Assembly: GCA_963843555.1 (NCBI GenBank)
Contig: CAWJKV010000002.1
Coordinates: 256,001 to 320,000, forward strand
Direction of reading: 5' to 3'
Source: an uncultured Methanosarcinales archaeon
GTDB taxonomy: Archaea > Halobacteriota > Methanosarcinia > Methanotrichales > Methanotrichaceae
DNA: 64,000 nt
Within the stretch, counting starts at the first letter, position 1; the number at the start of each line of letters is the position of its first letter. The notes under the pieces are model-generated. The model was not told the origin of the DNA. It saw only the letters and a program-made list of their open reading frames with translations, and did not search any database. Positions 29,027-38,912 of the stretch are shown in pieces. Position numbers and translations under genes: made by a program.

Positions 29027-31772
29027 CTATACTTTGAGACTATACTTCTCCAGGACCCTCGCTAGCTCTTCAACCTTCAAAGGCTTGCTGATGTAGTCAT
29101 CCATGCCAGCTTCAATAAACGTATTCCGGTCGCCTTCCAGAGCATAGGCAGTGACGGCTATTATTTTTGGTCTTTTATCAGGCCATCGCTGTTGAACGAT
29201 CCGAGTGGCTTCCAGCCCATCCATCTCAGGCATGCGGACATCCATCAGCACAAGATCATAAGCCTGGCGTTCCAGAGCCTGGCACACCTCAATACCATTA
29301 GCTGCCACATCTGCCCTGTATCCCAAACGCTTGAGCATCTGCAAGGCTACTTTCTGGCTTGATACATTATCTTCAGCCAAAAGTATCTTCATTGGATTGA
29401 TCTGGGCTTCCTCGTGGACTTTGCTTATATGTGCCGACTCCCGGGCCTCCTGTTGAAAGATGATGTTCATCAGGACTTTGAGCAAACGAGAGGGCTTAAT
29501 GGGCTTGAACAGGTAGGCATCGAATAAATCAGGGTCGACACGCTGACCAATAGTTGTTAACACGACCAGTGGCATTGTCTTATCATATTTTCTGATTTTC
29601 CTCGCCAGAGTCACGCTGTCCATCTCAGGCATATTGATGTCCAGTATGGCAAGATCAAATGTGTCTCCTCGTTCTATCCAGGCGAGAGCATCTTTGCCTG
29701 ATGCTGCAATAAGGGGCGCCATCCCCCAGGAATAAGCGTAACCTCCCAGGATGTGGCGGTTGGTCCGGCTATCATCAGCTATCAGCACGCTCTTGCCTAC
29801 CAGCCTGGGCTGAACTCCTGCAAGTATTTTTTGTCTATGCGGTGCAATCGAGGCTCGGATTGTGAAATGGAAGGTCGAACCGATGCCTGCCTCGCTCTCC
29901 ACCCAAATCCTGCCCCCCATCAGCTCCACAAGTTTGCGGCTTATGGCCAGACCAAGGCCTATTCCTCCGTACTTGCAGGTCACAGTCTCATCGACCTGAG
30001 CAAAGGGCTGGAATAGACGGTTCATAAGCTCCGGTTTAATCCCAATTCCAGTATCCTGAACAGCGAAATGAATCTCATGGGTGCCATTGAGTTCCTGGCC
30101 TGAGACTGTCAGCTTGACCTCCCCGTGTCCTGTAAATTTTACGGCATTATTCAGCAGATTGCCCAGAATCTGTCGCAGACGGGTCGGATCCCCGATGATG
30201 AACTCAGGAACATCTTTATTGAAGGTATATGCCAGGTTTAGCCCCTTCATGGCTGCACTTGCAGATACCAGGTCGAGTGCTTCCTCAACATTGCATCGCA
30301 ACTCAAAGGGTTGCTCCTCCAGCACGGCATCTTCTCGCTCCATCTTCGAAAAGTCAAGGATATCGTTGATTATGACCATCAACGCATCCCCATTGACTCT
30401 GATGGTTTCTATGAATTCCTTCTGTTCTGGGGTCAGATCCTCATCATCCAGGAGAATCGAAGTCATGCCGATGACGGCATTCATGGGTGTGCGGATCTCG
30501 TGGCTCATATTCGCCATGAAATCTGATTTGGCCTGGGCTGCAGCTTCAGCCGCTTCCTTTGCCCTCAAAAGCTCATGTTCGATCCGCTTGCTCTCGGTAA
30601 TGTCCCGGCCAACTCCGATAATGGCGATAACATTCTTTTGACTGTCAAGCACCGACTTGTCTGCCCAGGCAAGCCAGCGCCAGCCATCTTTTGTCATGGC
30701 TCTCTGTTCAACATAGCAGGTGTAAGGCGGCCTGTAGAGCTTTTCCATTTCCCTTGCCGTCATTTCTCTATCGTCTTCAAAAACGAGAGGCATAAACGTC
30801 CGGCCCAGCAGCTCCTCTTCTGTCTTTCCGAACAGATCGCAATAAGTCGGGCTGACAAAGAGGAACCTGCCTTCGGTATCTACTTTGACGACCAGGTCCG
30901 TCTGACCCTCAACCAGGAGCCTGTACTTTTCCTCACTCTCCCGAAGATTATCCTCAATTCGCTTGTGCTCAGTAATGTCCAGAATAACCCCCACAAGCCC
31001 GGACAACTCATTGTTGCCATTGGCGTAGGTTGACTTGTTGAAGATAACATCATGCCGTGTTCCATCAGCGTACCTTATTGAAGACTCATAGACCTGAACT
31101 CCGGGGTTATTGAATAGTGCTCGGTCCATCTCTCTGTATTTATCCGCCAGATCCTGAGGAAATATATCATGCACCGATTTTCCTACTATCTCATCTTTGC
31201 GTTTGCCCAAATACTTCTCGTAGGCCGAATTGCAGCCCCGAAATATTCCGTCAATACCTTTGTAAAAAATTGGACTGGGAATAGCGTTGATCAAATGCTG
31301 GAGGAAACGCAGGTTCTCATAAAGGGCTATTTCTGCTGTCTTGCGTTTCGTAATGTCGCGTATCGATTCTATGGCGCCTGCCAGATTACCCTCGCTATCA
31401 TAGATGGGCGAGGCCTTGCCCCAGAGATAGATCCCATCTGGCTTAAAGGATGGTATGTAAGTCTCAGCTACAACGACCTCACCTTCTCTTTGCCATGAGT
31501 AATACGCCAACACGTCCTGATTGGCCGGCTGCAGGACCAGATCGATTAACAGTCGGCCTTCTAATTCCGTAAAATGGTAAGGCATATTCGTGATCGCCTT
31601 TGCCCAGAATCTCTTCAGCCTCGACTCCAGTTAAGACTTCCATTGCCCGGTTCCAGGCGATTACCAGGCCTTCCTTGTCTATAACGAAGGTTGCATCAGG
31701 AAAGAAGTCGATTATATCAGCCAAACATTGCTCTGAGTTCTTGATAACGAGTCCCGTTGCTTTTGCCAACAA
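29027..31772 (-). CDS. Hybrid sensor histidine kinase (3 PAS, HisKA, HATPase, 2 REC), frameshifted near 31570
   Basis: [64 protein letters not shown]. Confidence 0.92.
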
Positions 31773-32035
31773 CCTGCACCCACCTTATCCCAGTTAAATA
31801 TTTGAAGATCTCATTAAAAAGGTTTGGGCCCAAAAGGTATCTCAGTCTCAGTACTTCTTGATATGAGGAATGATTCAAGCAGGGACAAATCCCCTGCAAC
31901 AGAACCTCACTGCAATGTCCTTCTTCTAATATATTTTCTATCAAATGGCTCGATTCCCAAATCCCTCTCATCCAGGCATCTCCAGTTTTTATCTATTTTC
32001 TGAATATCTGATGAGGAAAGAAGGCAATTGGCAAT

Positions 32036-32386
32036 CTAAGACCTTATCATTACCAGTAGCATTTTGAATTGGCTAAAAGCTGCCAGGGCATGAGGTTTAT
32101 TGGCCGGCAGGATGACCGTCTGTCCTTGCTCCAAATGGTAGGCCTGCCCCGAGATCGTCACATCGGCCTCGCCCTCTACAATATATATAAGTGCGTCAAA
32201 AGGTGCAGTATGCTCGCTCAGCCCCTGACCTTTGTCAAAAGCGAAAAGGGTTACAGTTCCTGTGCTCTTGCGAATTATCTCCCGGCTCACGATCGAGTCC
32301 GTCTGGTAAGTCACTGAATCCACCAGCTGCTCAACCTTCGGTGCACTGTTTTCTGCAGCGATTGATTGTTTGGGAACGTCTGCCAT
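32036..32386 (-). CDS. Cupin domain protein
   Basis: FAFDKGQGLSEHTAPFDA...EGEA...LPANKPHAL. Confidence 0.9.
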   Translation of the reverse strand: MADVPKQSIAAENSAPKVEQLVDSVTYQTDSIVSREIIRKSTGTVTLFAFDKGQGLSEHTAPFDALIYIVEGEADVTISGQAYHLEQGQTVILPANKPHALAAFSQFKMLLVMIRS

Positions 32387-32746
32387 TTTTTATCACTCCT
32401 ATTTTTGCGGTTGTATATCCTATCATTTTCCTATCAGACGCAAAAAGCTTTGGGTCACATCCATAGTTAGGGGGCGATCAGGAAAAGCCGGTATACCAGA
32501 AGCAGGCCAGTGTGAAAGTTCCAAACGTTGGACAAGAAATATCCGCCAATATTCGATGTCTCTATGTTTGCCTACCAGGCTTGCCGGTCTTAATTCCTGT
32601 TCAGGCAGGATGATTGAGCATCATGTTTGTTGATGTTCTTCCCCTGTGTCATTTCTTTATTTGTATCTTATTCATACTTTCTATTATGTAAAAATGGTTT
32701 ATCGATATTGTTTTTTAGAAAAATTACTTAAACTTGTACGTAGTAT

Positions 32747-32998
32747 ATGCAAACCATGGCAGGAGTCCTTGATCAACTGATTTGGCCCGAAAAGAGTCTG
32801 ATGAGGCATAGCATTCCTCAGGTGGATATGGCAGCTTTGGAGCTTGAGGCTGCCAAGGAGATCCTGGCAGAGGTCTTCAAGGTCAGGATCTCGGAGGTGG
32901 ATGAGATGATTTTGAGCCGCTTTGAAGAGGCTCACTCCCAGGAAGCAAGCTCCGAAGAGAAGGGGCTATGGCCGCAGGAGTTCCGGCTGGAAGGCTGA
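32747..32998 (+). CDS. Small hypothetical protein, paralogue of 11511-11735
   Basis: ELEAAKEILAEVF...EVDEMI..R...LWPQEF, followed by a T-rich tract. Confidence 0.75.
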   Translation: MQTMAGVLDQLIWPEKSLMRHSIPQVDMAALELEAAKEILAEVFKVRISEVDEMILSRFEEAHSQEASSEEKGLWPQEFRLEG

Positions 32999-33003
32999 GC
33001 CCC

Positions 33004-33017
33004 TTTCTATTTTTTTT
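33004..33017 (+). terminator. T-rich archaeal terminator candidate
   Basis: tttctatttttttt just downstream of the stop at 32998. Confidence 0.45.
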
Positions 33018-33082
33018 ACTCTTCGTTGAATTTCGTAGCCAAGGTTAGACTTTATAGTTTGAGCACAAAACCATCTTGACAT

Positions 33083-33181
33083 CTTTGTGTTCTTTGTGAA
33101 CTTTGTGAGCTTTGTGAAGTTGATTGGATCTTGATAAATGGGCAAATGAATTCACCACAAGGACACCAATCGCACAAAGAA
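33083..33181. repeat. REP-like element: 4 x 9-bp CTTTGTGnn plus an inverted arm
   Basis: CTTTGTG at 33083, 33092, 33101 and 33110; ttcaccacaaggacacc...cacaaag at 33151-33179. Confidence 0.6.
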
Positions 33182-33298
33182 CCCGCTAAGAAAAATACGG
33201 GAATCCTGCAAACTAGCACATTAACTGGGGAGAGTTTTTTGGGGGCATGTTCTTTTCCCAGGACCATATTCGTACTTTCGGGGCGTCTTGTCTCCGCC

Positions 33299-34186
33299 TC
33301 AAGCCTCTTCTTCCTCGATCTCCTTTTTCCTCATCTCCTCTTGCATCCTGCACCTGTGCACCTCTTTTACGCCATGCGCATCCAGAGCCTGTTCCTCCTC
33401 TTCCCGGTAGGCAGCCAAGCGCTGCATGAGAAGATCAAAGTTCACTTTATGACCATCAAACTCCGGCCCGTCCACGCAGGCAAGCTTTGCAACTCCATCC
33501 ACTTCTACTCTGCAACTGCCGCACATGCCGGTCCCGTCGATCATGATTGGGTTCAGGCTGACTATGGTCTTGATGTTGCGAGGCCGGGTGATCTCGCTGA
33601 CCCGCTTCATCATGGGCACGGGCCCTATGGCCACCACGACTCCCGGAGTCTCTCTCTTCAAAACCTCTTCCAGGAGATCCGTGACCAGAGCATTGCGTCC
33701 AAATGAGCCGTTGTCCGTGCATATCAGCAATTCATCGGAGACTGCTTCCATCTCCTCCTGCAGGATGATGAACTCCTTGGTGCGCGCGCCGATAATGCTC
33801 ACAACTCTATTGCCCAGGCTCTTCAGCTTTTTTGCTATCGGATAGAGGACCGCAACGCCGGTCCCTCCGCCAACGCATATGGCCATGCCCACCTTTTCCA
33901 CTTCAGTAGGCCGCCCCAGCGGTCCCACAACATTCTGATAAGAATCCCCTTCCTGGAGCGCCTTGAAAAGAGCAGTGGATCGGCCCAGCACCGAGAATAT
34001 GACCGTGATGGTCCCGTTCTCAGGATTGGTATCTGCTACCGTCATTGGCACGCGCTCTCCTTTTTCATTGGCTCTGAGAATAACGAACTGCCCGGGCTGG
34101 GCCACGCGAGCAATTATTGGCGCTTCGATCTCATTGAGGATCATCTTTCCGCCGGCCATCTCTTTGCGTCTTACTATCCTTCTCAT
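33299..34186 (-). CDS. Ferredoxin-NAD(P) reductase-like FAD/[2Fe-2S] subunit (NfnA/SudB/PyrK family)
   Basis: PGQFVILR, ERVPMT, GPLG, GGGTG and MIDGTGMCGSCRV...ACVDGPEFDGH. Confidence 0.9.
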   Translation of the reverse strand: MRRIVRRKEMAGGKMILNEIEAPIIARVAQPGQFVILRANEKGERVPMTVADTNPENGTITVIFSVLGRSTALFKALQEGDSYQNVVGPLGRPTEVEKVGMAICVGGGTGVAVLYPIAKKLKSLGNRVVSIIGARTKEFIILQEEMEAVSDELLICTDNGSFGRNALVTDLLEEVLKRETPGVVVAIGPVPMMKRVSEITRPRNIKTIVSLNPIMIDGTGMCGSCRVEVDGVAKLACVDGPEFDGHKVNFDLLMQRLAAYREEEEQALDAHGVKEVHRCRMQEEMRKKEIEEEEA

Positions 34187-34260
34187 GCAGCCTCAGGAAC
34201 AAAATGCATCTTTGATAATAGTATCCCAAAAAAATTGCACGAAAGAAAGCGGGAACGGGA

Positions 34261-35970
34261 TCATGCCGTCTTCATCCTGGCCGCTTCCTCCAGACCCAGT
34301 TCTTTTATGGACTCATCTCTCATCTTGTACTTCTGGATCTTTCCGCTCACCGTCATTGGAAATTCATCGACGAATTTTATGTATCTTGGAACCTTGAAGT
34401 GCGCGATTCTTCCTTTGCAGAAGGCCTTAATCTCTTCCGGGGTTGCCGCGGCGTCCTTCTTCAGCTTTATCCAGGCCATGAGCTCCTCGCCATATTTCTT
34501 GTCAGGAACGCCGATGACCTGCACATCACTTATGGCCTGATGGGTGTAGAGGAACTCCTCGATCTCTCGCGGATAGATATTCTCTCCGCCCCGAATCACC
34601 ATGTCCTTGAGCCTGCCGGTTATCTTGCAGTAACCATCTTCGTCAAGAGTGCCCAGATCCCCGGTATGCAGCCAACCCTCTTTATCCACCACCTGATCGG
34701 TAGCCACAGGATTGTTGTAATAGCAGCGCATGATCATGTAACCTCGGGCGCAGATCTCGCCGGTTTCACCCCGACGGACTATCTTGCCGGTCTTGGGGTC
34801 TACTATCTTAACCTCGGTATGAGGCAGGGGCCTACCGATCGTAGAGACCCTCAGCTCCAATGAATCATCGGTTGAGGAGTTGGTGATTCCTGGAGAGGCC
34901 TCGGTCTGGCCGTAAGTTATCACAACCTCCTTCATATTCATGAGGTTGGCTGCTTTTTTCATGAACTCGATGGGGCAGGGCGAGCCGGCCATAATGCCAG
35001 TTCGCAGCGAACTGAAGTCGTACTTATGAAAATCGGGATGTTCCAGTTCTGCAATGAACATAGTTGGCACGCCGTGCACCGCGGTGCAGCGCTCCTTTTC
35101 TATGGCCGACATGGTCGATACGGGATCGAAATACTCCGCGGGGAGCACCATAGTCGCTCCATGAGTCATGCAGGCCATATTGGAGAGCACCATGCCAAAG
35201 CAATGGTAGAACGGCACAGGGATACATAGTCTATCTTTATCTGTAAACTTCATGCACTCCCCAATAAAAAAGCCATTGTTCACAAGATTGTGATGAGTGA
35301 GAACAACGCCCTTGGGAAAGCCGGTGGTGCCAGAAGTATACTGGATATTTATGGGGTCGTCGAAGTCCAGGCTTGCCTGGCGTTCCTGCAGTACCTCATC
35401 CGGCAGATCTTCACCCATCCTGAGGACCTCGTCCCAGGTCCACATGCTGGGTTGCTTATCGCCTCGCAACAAGACTGCTGTCCTCAAGAAGGGCAGTTTT
35501 TCGGAGTTAATCTGCCCCGGCTCGCTGCTCTTCGCCTCCGGGCAGACCTCGAAGAACATTTTGACATAATCCGAGCTCTTAAACCGGTCCATCAGGAGCA
35601 GCGCCTGCGTCTCTGACTGCCTCAATGCATATTCGAGCTCATGCGTCCTGTATGCTGGATTTATATTTACCAGGACAATCCCCGCCTTGGCGGTTGCGAA
35701 CTGGGTGATGACCCATTCCGCTATGTTCGTTGCCCAAATAGCCAGGCGGTCGCCTTTCTTAAGCCCCAGGCCCATGAATCCTTTGGCCGCGCGATTTACT
35801 TCCTGCTGTAATTCACGATATGTGTATCGCAGGCCCTGTTGAACCGATACAACTGCGTCATTATCAGGGTATGTTTCCGCTATTTCATCGAACATATCAC
35901 CGATAGTCTTTCCAATAAGCGGTTTCTCTGAACCCATAAACGCATAACTTTGGGAGACTTTGCCTGGCAT
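34261..35970 (-). CDS. AMP-dependent acyl-CoA synthetase
   Basis: QYTSGTTGFPKG, YGQTE, GWLHTGD and GRLKDMVIRGGENIYPRE. Confidence 0.95.
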   Translation of the reverse strand: MPGKVSQSYAFMGSEKPLIGKTIGDMFDEIAETYPDNDAVVSVQQGLRYTYRELQQEVNRAAKGFMGLGLKKGDRLAIWATNIAEWVITQFATAKAGIVLVNINPAYRTHELEYALRQSETQALLLMDRFKSSDYVKMFFEVCPEAKSSEPGQINSEKLPFLRTAVLLRGDKQPSMWTWDEVLRMGEDLPDEVLQERQASLDFDDPINIQYTSGTTGFPKGVVLTHHNLVNNGFFIGECMKFTDKDRLCIPVPFYHCFGMVLSNMACMTHGATMVLPAEYFDPVSTMSAIEKERCTAVHGVPTMFIAELEHPDFHKYDFSSLRTGIMAGSPCPIEFMKKAANLMNMKEVVITYGQTEASPGITNSSTDDSLELRVSTIGRPLPHTEVKIVDPKTGKIVRRGETGEICARGYMIMRCYYNNPVATDQVVDKEGWLHTGDLGTLDEDGYCKITGRLKDMVIRGGENIYPREIEEFLYTHQAISDVQVIGVPDKKYGEELMAWIKLKKDAAATPEEIKAFCKGRIAHFKVPRYIKFVDEFPMTVSGKIQKYKMRDESIKELGLEEAARMKTA

Positions 35971-36314
35971 GAAGTTGCCTCTCAATCGCTAAGGAGATAT
36001 AACAGTATCTTAAGGCAGGTTTGGAGAATGTGTTCATCAATAAGAGGAATCTGTCTCTGGGTATGCTTTTTTTCGAGTATATTTCTCATTAACTTCAGGA
36101 AATATGCTGGTTTAAGGCTGGGAAATAGCAATCATTCCGCAGTTGGGCTTCGGCCAGTTCAGAGGCGTGGGAGCCGGTTAACCTGGGTGGTAGGTTGGGC
36201 CGTCACTCATCGAGCGGCTTCTTCCTGAGCAGGCAGATCTGAAATAAAGTAATCCAATCGGATGAAGGCTACAAAATTCAATAGAAGATTAGAAGAAAAT
36301 CAGGTAGCAAGAAG

Positions 36315-36543
36315 CTATGCCGCCTCAAACCATTCATCACGATTGATTCCCGCTCTATTTAGGACCTTCTTAATGAGATCAACACTCACTTCTATCGCCA
36401 TGATGCGGATTAGGAATGAGCAAGAATATTCCGTTCTTAAGCATATAGGGATGCTTCTTTCCCGGAAAAGGTCCCTCCCATCCCAGCTTGTTGAGGCGTC
36501 TAGTTAGCTCATACCATGAAACTGGGACGAGTTTAGTCTGCAA
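36315..36543 (-). CDS. hicA: HicA-family toxin (frameshift near 36395), missed by the ORF track
   Basis: KLVPVSWYELTRRLNKLGWEGPFPGKKHPYMLKNG...IPNPHHG, then EVSVDLIKKVLNRAGINRDEWFEAA*. Confidence 0.8.
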
Positions 36544-36790
36544 CGGCCATCGGCTCCTTCGAGACTTGTATTATATGACCTTCGAGAGGCGGGATGGGGT
36601 ATCCCCACGCAAGGTGCGCCGCTATCCAGTCTTCGAGGGCATCCATGAGGTTCTTTCTGCATTCCTCAAGAGTTTTGCCGGTTGCCCACAGTCCCTGAAG
36701 CTCTGAAACCTCGCCGTAAAATGGCTCTGGGTCATCGATGATCTCGTAAGTCGCCTTATCCATTGCAGCTTGAATATACTCAGCAAACAT
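36533..36790 (-). CDS. hicB: HicB-family antitoxin
   Basis: EYIQAAM..ATYE...FYGEV..LQGLWATGKTLEECRKNL..ALEDWI...IP. Confidence 0.88.
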   Translation of the reverse strand: MFAEYIQAAMDKATYEIIDDPEPFYGEVSELQGLWATGKTLEECRKNLMDALEDWIAAHLAWGYPIPPLEGHIIQVSKEPMAVAD

Positions 36791-37169
36791 CAAAGAAATG
36801 TAATCTTTGATGAGATAAAGACTTTCCTTCATCAGGTAAAAAGGATCCAGAAGCCATCAACCTATATTGCAGGTATTTCTCCAAATAATGAGCAGTCATG
36901 CCCGCCAGTAGGCTTAGTCGCGGGTCTGTCGCAGATAGGCTGGCCTTAATGCAGTCACCACTCCATGGCCCGATCCAGATCATCTTCTGCTCGAGCAGAT
37001 CCTCGGCGCGTTTGAGCTGCTTCCTGCCAGAACAATCGCAGTCTTGTTCTATTCTATGCTTCATGTCCCTGGATACTGGCAATACGTCATCGACTTGGCC
37101 AAAGAGTGCTCGATATTTTGTCTACTTGAATATGAGATATCACAATTTTCCCTCCAGATCACTTTGTCA

Positions 37170-37186
37170 TTATGATTTATTCATAA
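37170..37186. promoter_or_regulatory. Palindrome TTATGA-N5-TCATAA upstream of glnA
   Basis: TTATGATTTATTCATAA; extra TCATAA half-sites at 37241 and 37251; TATA-like catataaa at ~37280. Confidence 0.55.
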
Positions 37187-37325
37187 CTGTCATATTCCTT
37201 GAAAATAGAATTATACCCTATTTGAACGACGTTTTGCGATTCATAATTTTTCATAACTTTTAAGACTCGATCTTAAATACATATAAATTACGAACTTGAC
37301 TCTGTTGCTCCAAGGAGGCTAGTAA

Positions 37326-38660
37326 ATGGCCCTGCAATTGAAGTCAAAAGATGAAGTATTTGAGGCAATAGACAAATACAATGTTCGATTTGTCCGAATT
37401 TGGTTTACAGATATCCTGGGAGTCCCCAAGAGCTTCGCTATCAACCCGAGCGAGCTGGAAGGGGCATTCTCCGAGGGTATGGGCTTCGACGGCTCCTCCA
37501 TTGAGGGCTTTGCCCGGATTCACGAGTCCGACATGGTCGCCAAGCCGGACCCAACCACTTTCCAGCTCATACCCTGGAGGCAACAGGAGAACGCCGTAGC
37601 CAGGATGTTCTGCGACATTCAGAACCCGGACGGCAGCCCATACGAAGGCGACCCCAGGTACGTATTGAAGAGGAATCTGGAGCGCATCAAGGATAAAGGC
37701 TACAACTTCCTGGTGGGACCGGAGCTGGAGTTCTTCTACTTCAAAGGCGAGAATAATACCGAGGTCCTGGACAACGGCGGATACTTCGACCTCACAACAG
37801 CAGACAATGCTTCTGACCTGCGCCGGGACACTATCCTGGCCCTGGACTCCATGGGAATCGATGTGGAGTACAGCCACCACGAGGTAGCTCCCTCTCAGCA
37901 TGAGATCGACCTTCGCTACAAGGACGCTCTGAATATGGCCGACACGGTGATGACCTACAAAATCACCGTCAAGGAGATAGCCCGCCGGTATGGCTACCAT
38001 GCCAGCTTCATGCCCAAACCAATCTTCGGCCAGAATGGCAGCGGGATGCATGTACATCAGTCCCTCTTCCAGGGAAAGAGGAATGTGATGTTCAATGCAG
38101 GAGATGCCTTCCATCTCTCCGATGAGGGCAAGTACTACATCGCTGGCCTTCTCAAGCACGCTCCCGAGATCACTGCCATCACCAACCAGTGGATCAACTC
38201 CTACAAGCGCCTGGTCCCGGGCTATGAGGCTCCCGTCTATATCTGCTGGGCCAGAAGGAACAGATCTGCTCTGGTCAGAGTGCCCATGTACAAACCAGGA
38301 AAAGAGGCCGCAACAAGAGTCGAATTCCGCAGCCCTGATCCCGCCGCCAATCCGTACCTGGCCTTCTCAGTTATGCTGGCTGCAGGCCTCGCCGGTATCG
38401 CCAACAAGTACGACCTGCCCGCCCCTCAGGAGCAGGACATCTACCACATGAGCGATGCCGAGAGGAAGGCGGCTGGAATCGCGTCCCTGCCCGGAAGCCT
38501 GAACGATGCCATTGAGCTCACTGAAAAGAGCAAGCTGGTTCGTGAGGCATTGGGAGAGCACGTCTTCAACGCCTTCATTGCCAACAAGAAGGCAGAGTGG
38601 GATGCCTACCGCATGAATGTGACCCAATGGGAACTGGAGAGGTACCTGCCTCTGCTCTAG
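37326..38660 (+). CDS. glnA: Glutamine synthetase type I
   Basis: FDGSSIEGF, GPELEF, HHEVAPSQHE, FMPKP..GQNGSGMH, NSYKRLVPGYEAP and EFRSPDP. Confidence 0.98.
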   Translation: MALQLKSKDEVFEAIDKYNVRFVRIWFTDILGVPKSFAINPSELEGAFSEGMGFDGSSIEGFARIHESDMVAKPDPTTFQLIPWRQQENAVARMFCDIQNPDGSPYEGDPRYVLKRNLERIKDKGYNFLVGPELEFFYFKGENNTEVLDNGGYFDLTTADNASDLRRDTILALDSMGIDVEYSHHEVAPSQHEIDLRYKDALNMADTVMTYKITVKEIARRYGYHASFMPKPIFGQNGSGMHVHQSLFQGKRNVMFNAGDAFHLSDEGKYYIAGLLKHAPEITAITNQWINSYKRLVPGYEAPVYICWARRNRSALVRVPMYKPGKEAATRVEFRSPDPAANPYLAFSVMLAAGLAGIANKYDLPAPQEQDIYHMSDAERKAAGIASLPGSLNDAIELTEKSKLVREALGEHVFNAFIANKKAEWDAYRMNVTQWELERYLPLL

Positions 38661-38678
38661 CCCCCATGTTGGGCTCAC

Positions 38679-38695
38679 CTTTTTATTTTTTGTTT
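38679..38695 (+). terminator. Short hairpin plus T-tract after glnA
   Basis: ccca-tgt-tggg followed by ttttttatttttttgttt. Confidence 0.5.
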
Positions 38696-38776
38696 ATGAA
38701 TTATAGATCAGAATTAAACTAATGCGAGGAACATCATGACAGAAAGACGTCTGCATCAATGGCTCCGTTCATAGTA

Positions 38777-38793
38777 TTATGAACATTTCATAA
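38777..38793. promoter_or_regulatory. Palindrome TTATGA-N5-TCATAA upstream of the glutamate synthase genes
   Basis: TTATGAACATTTCATAA, a few bases upstream of TATA-like CTATAAAA (~38798-38805). Confidence 0.6.
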
Positions 38794-38912
38794 ATCACTA
38801 TAAAAGGTCCATTGTGGTAGCTTCGCCTATACCATCGATTCAGCAAGAGGAACGTCTGTAAAGGTAAGCGTTATGTATCGGTTGAGTAGATCTGGTGGAG
38901 TTTAGGATAACT

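Noticed and set aside
36780..37082. Possible decayed gene upstream of hicB
   Set aside because: It could not be assigned to any family from the sequence alone.
37080..38910. NrpR operator GGAA-N6-TTCC near glnA/gltB
   Set aside because: Not found by eye in either intergenic region.
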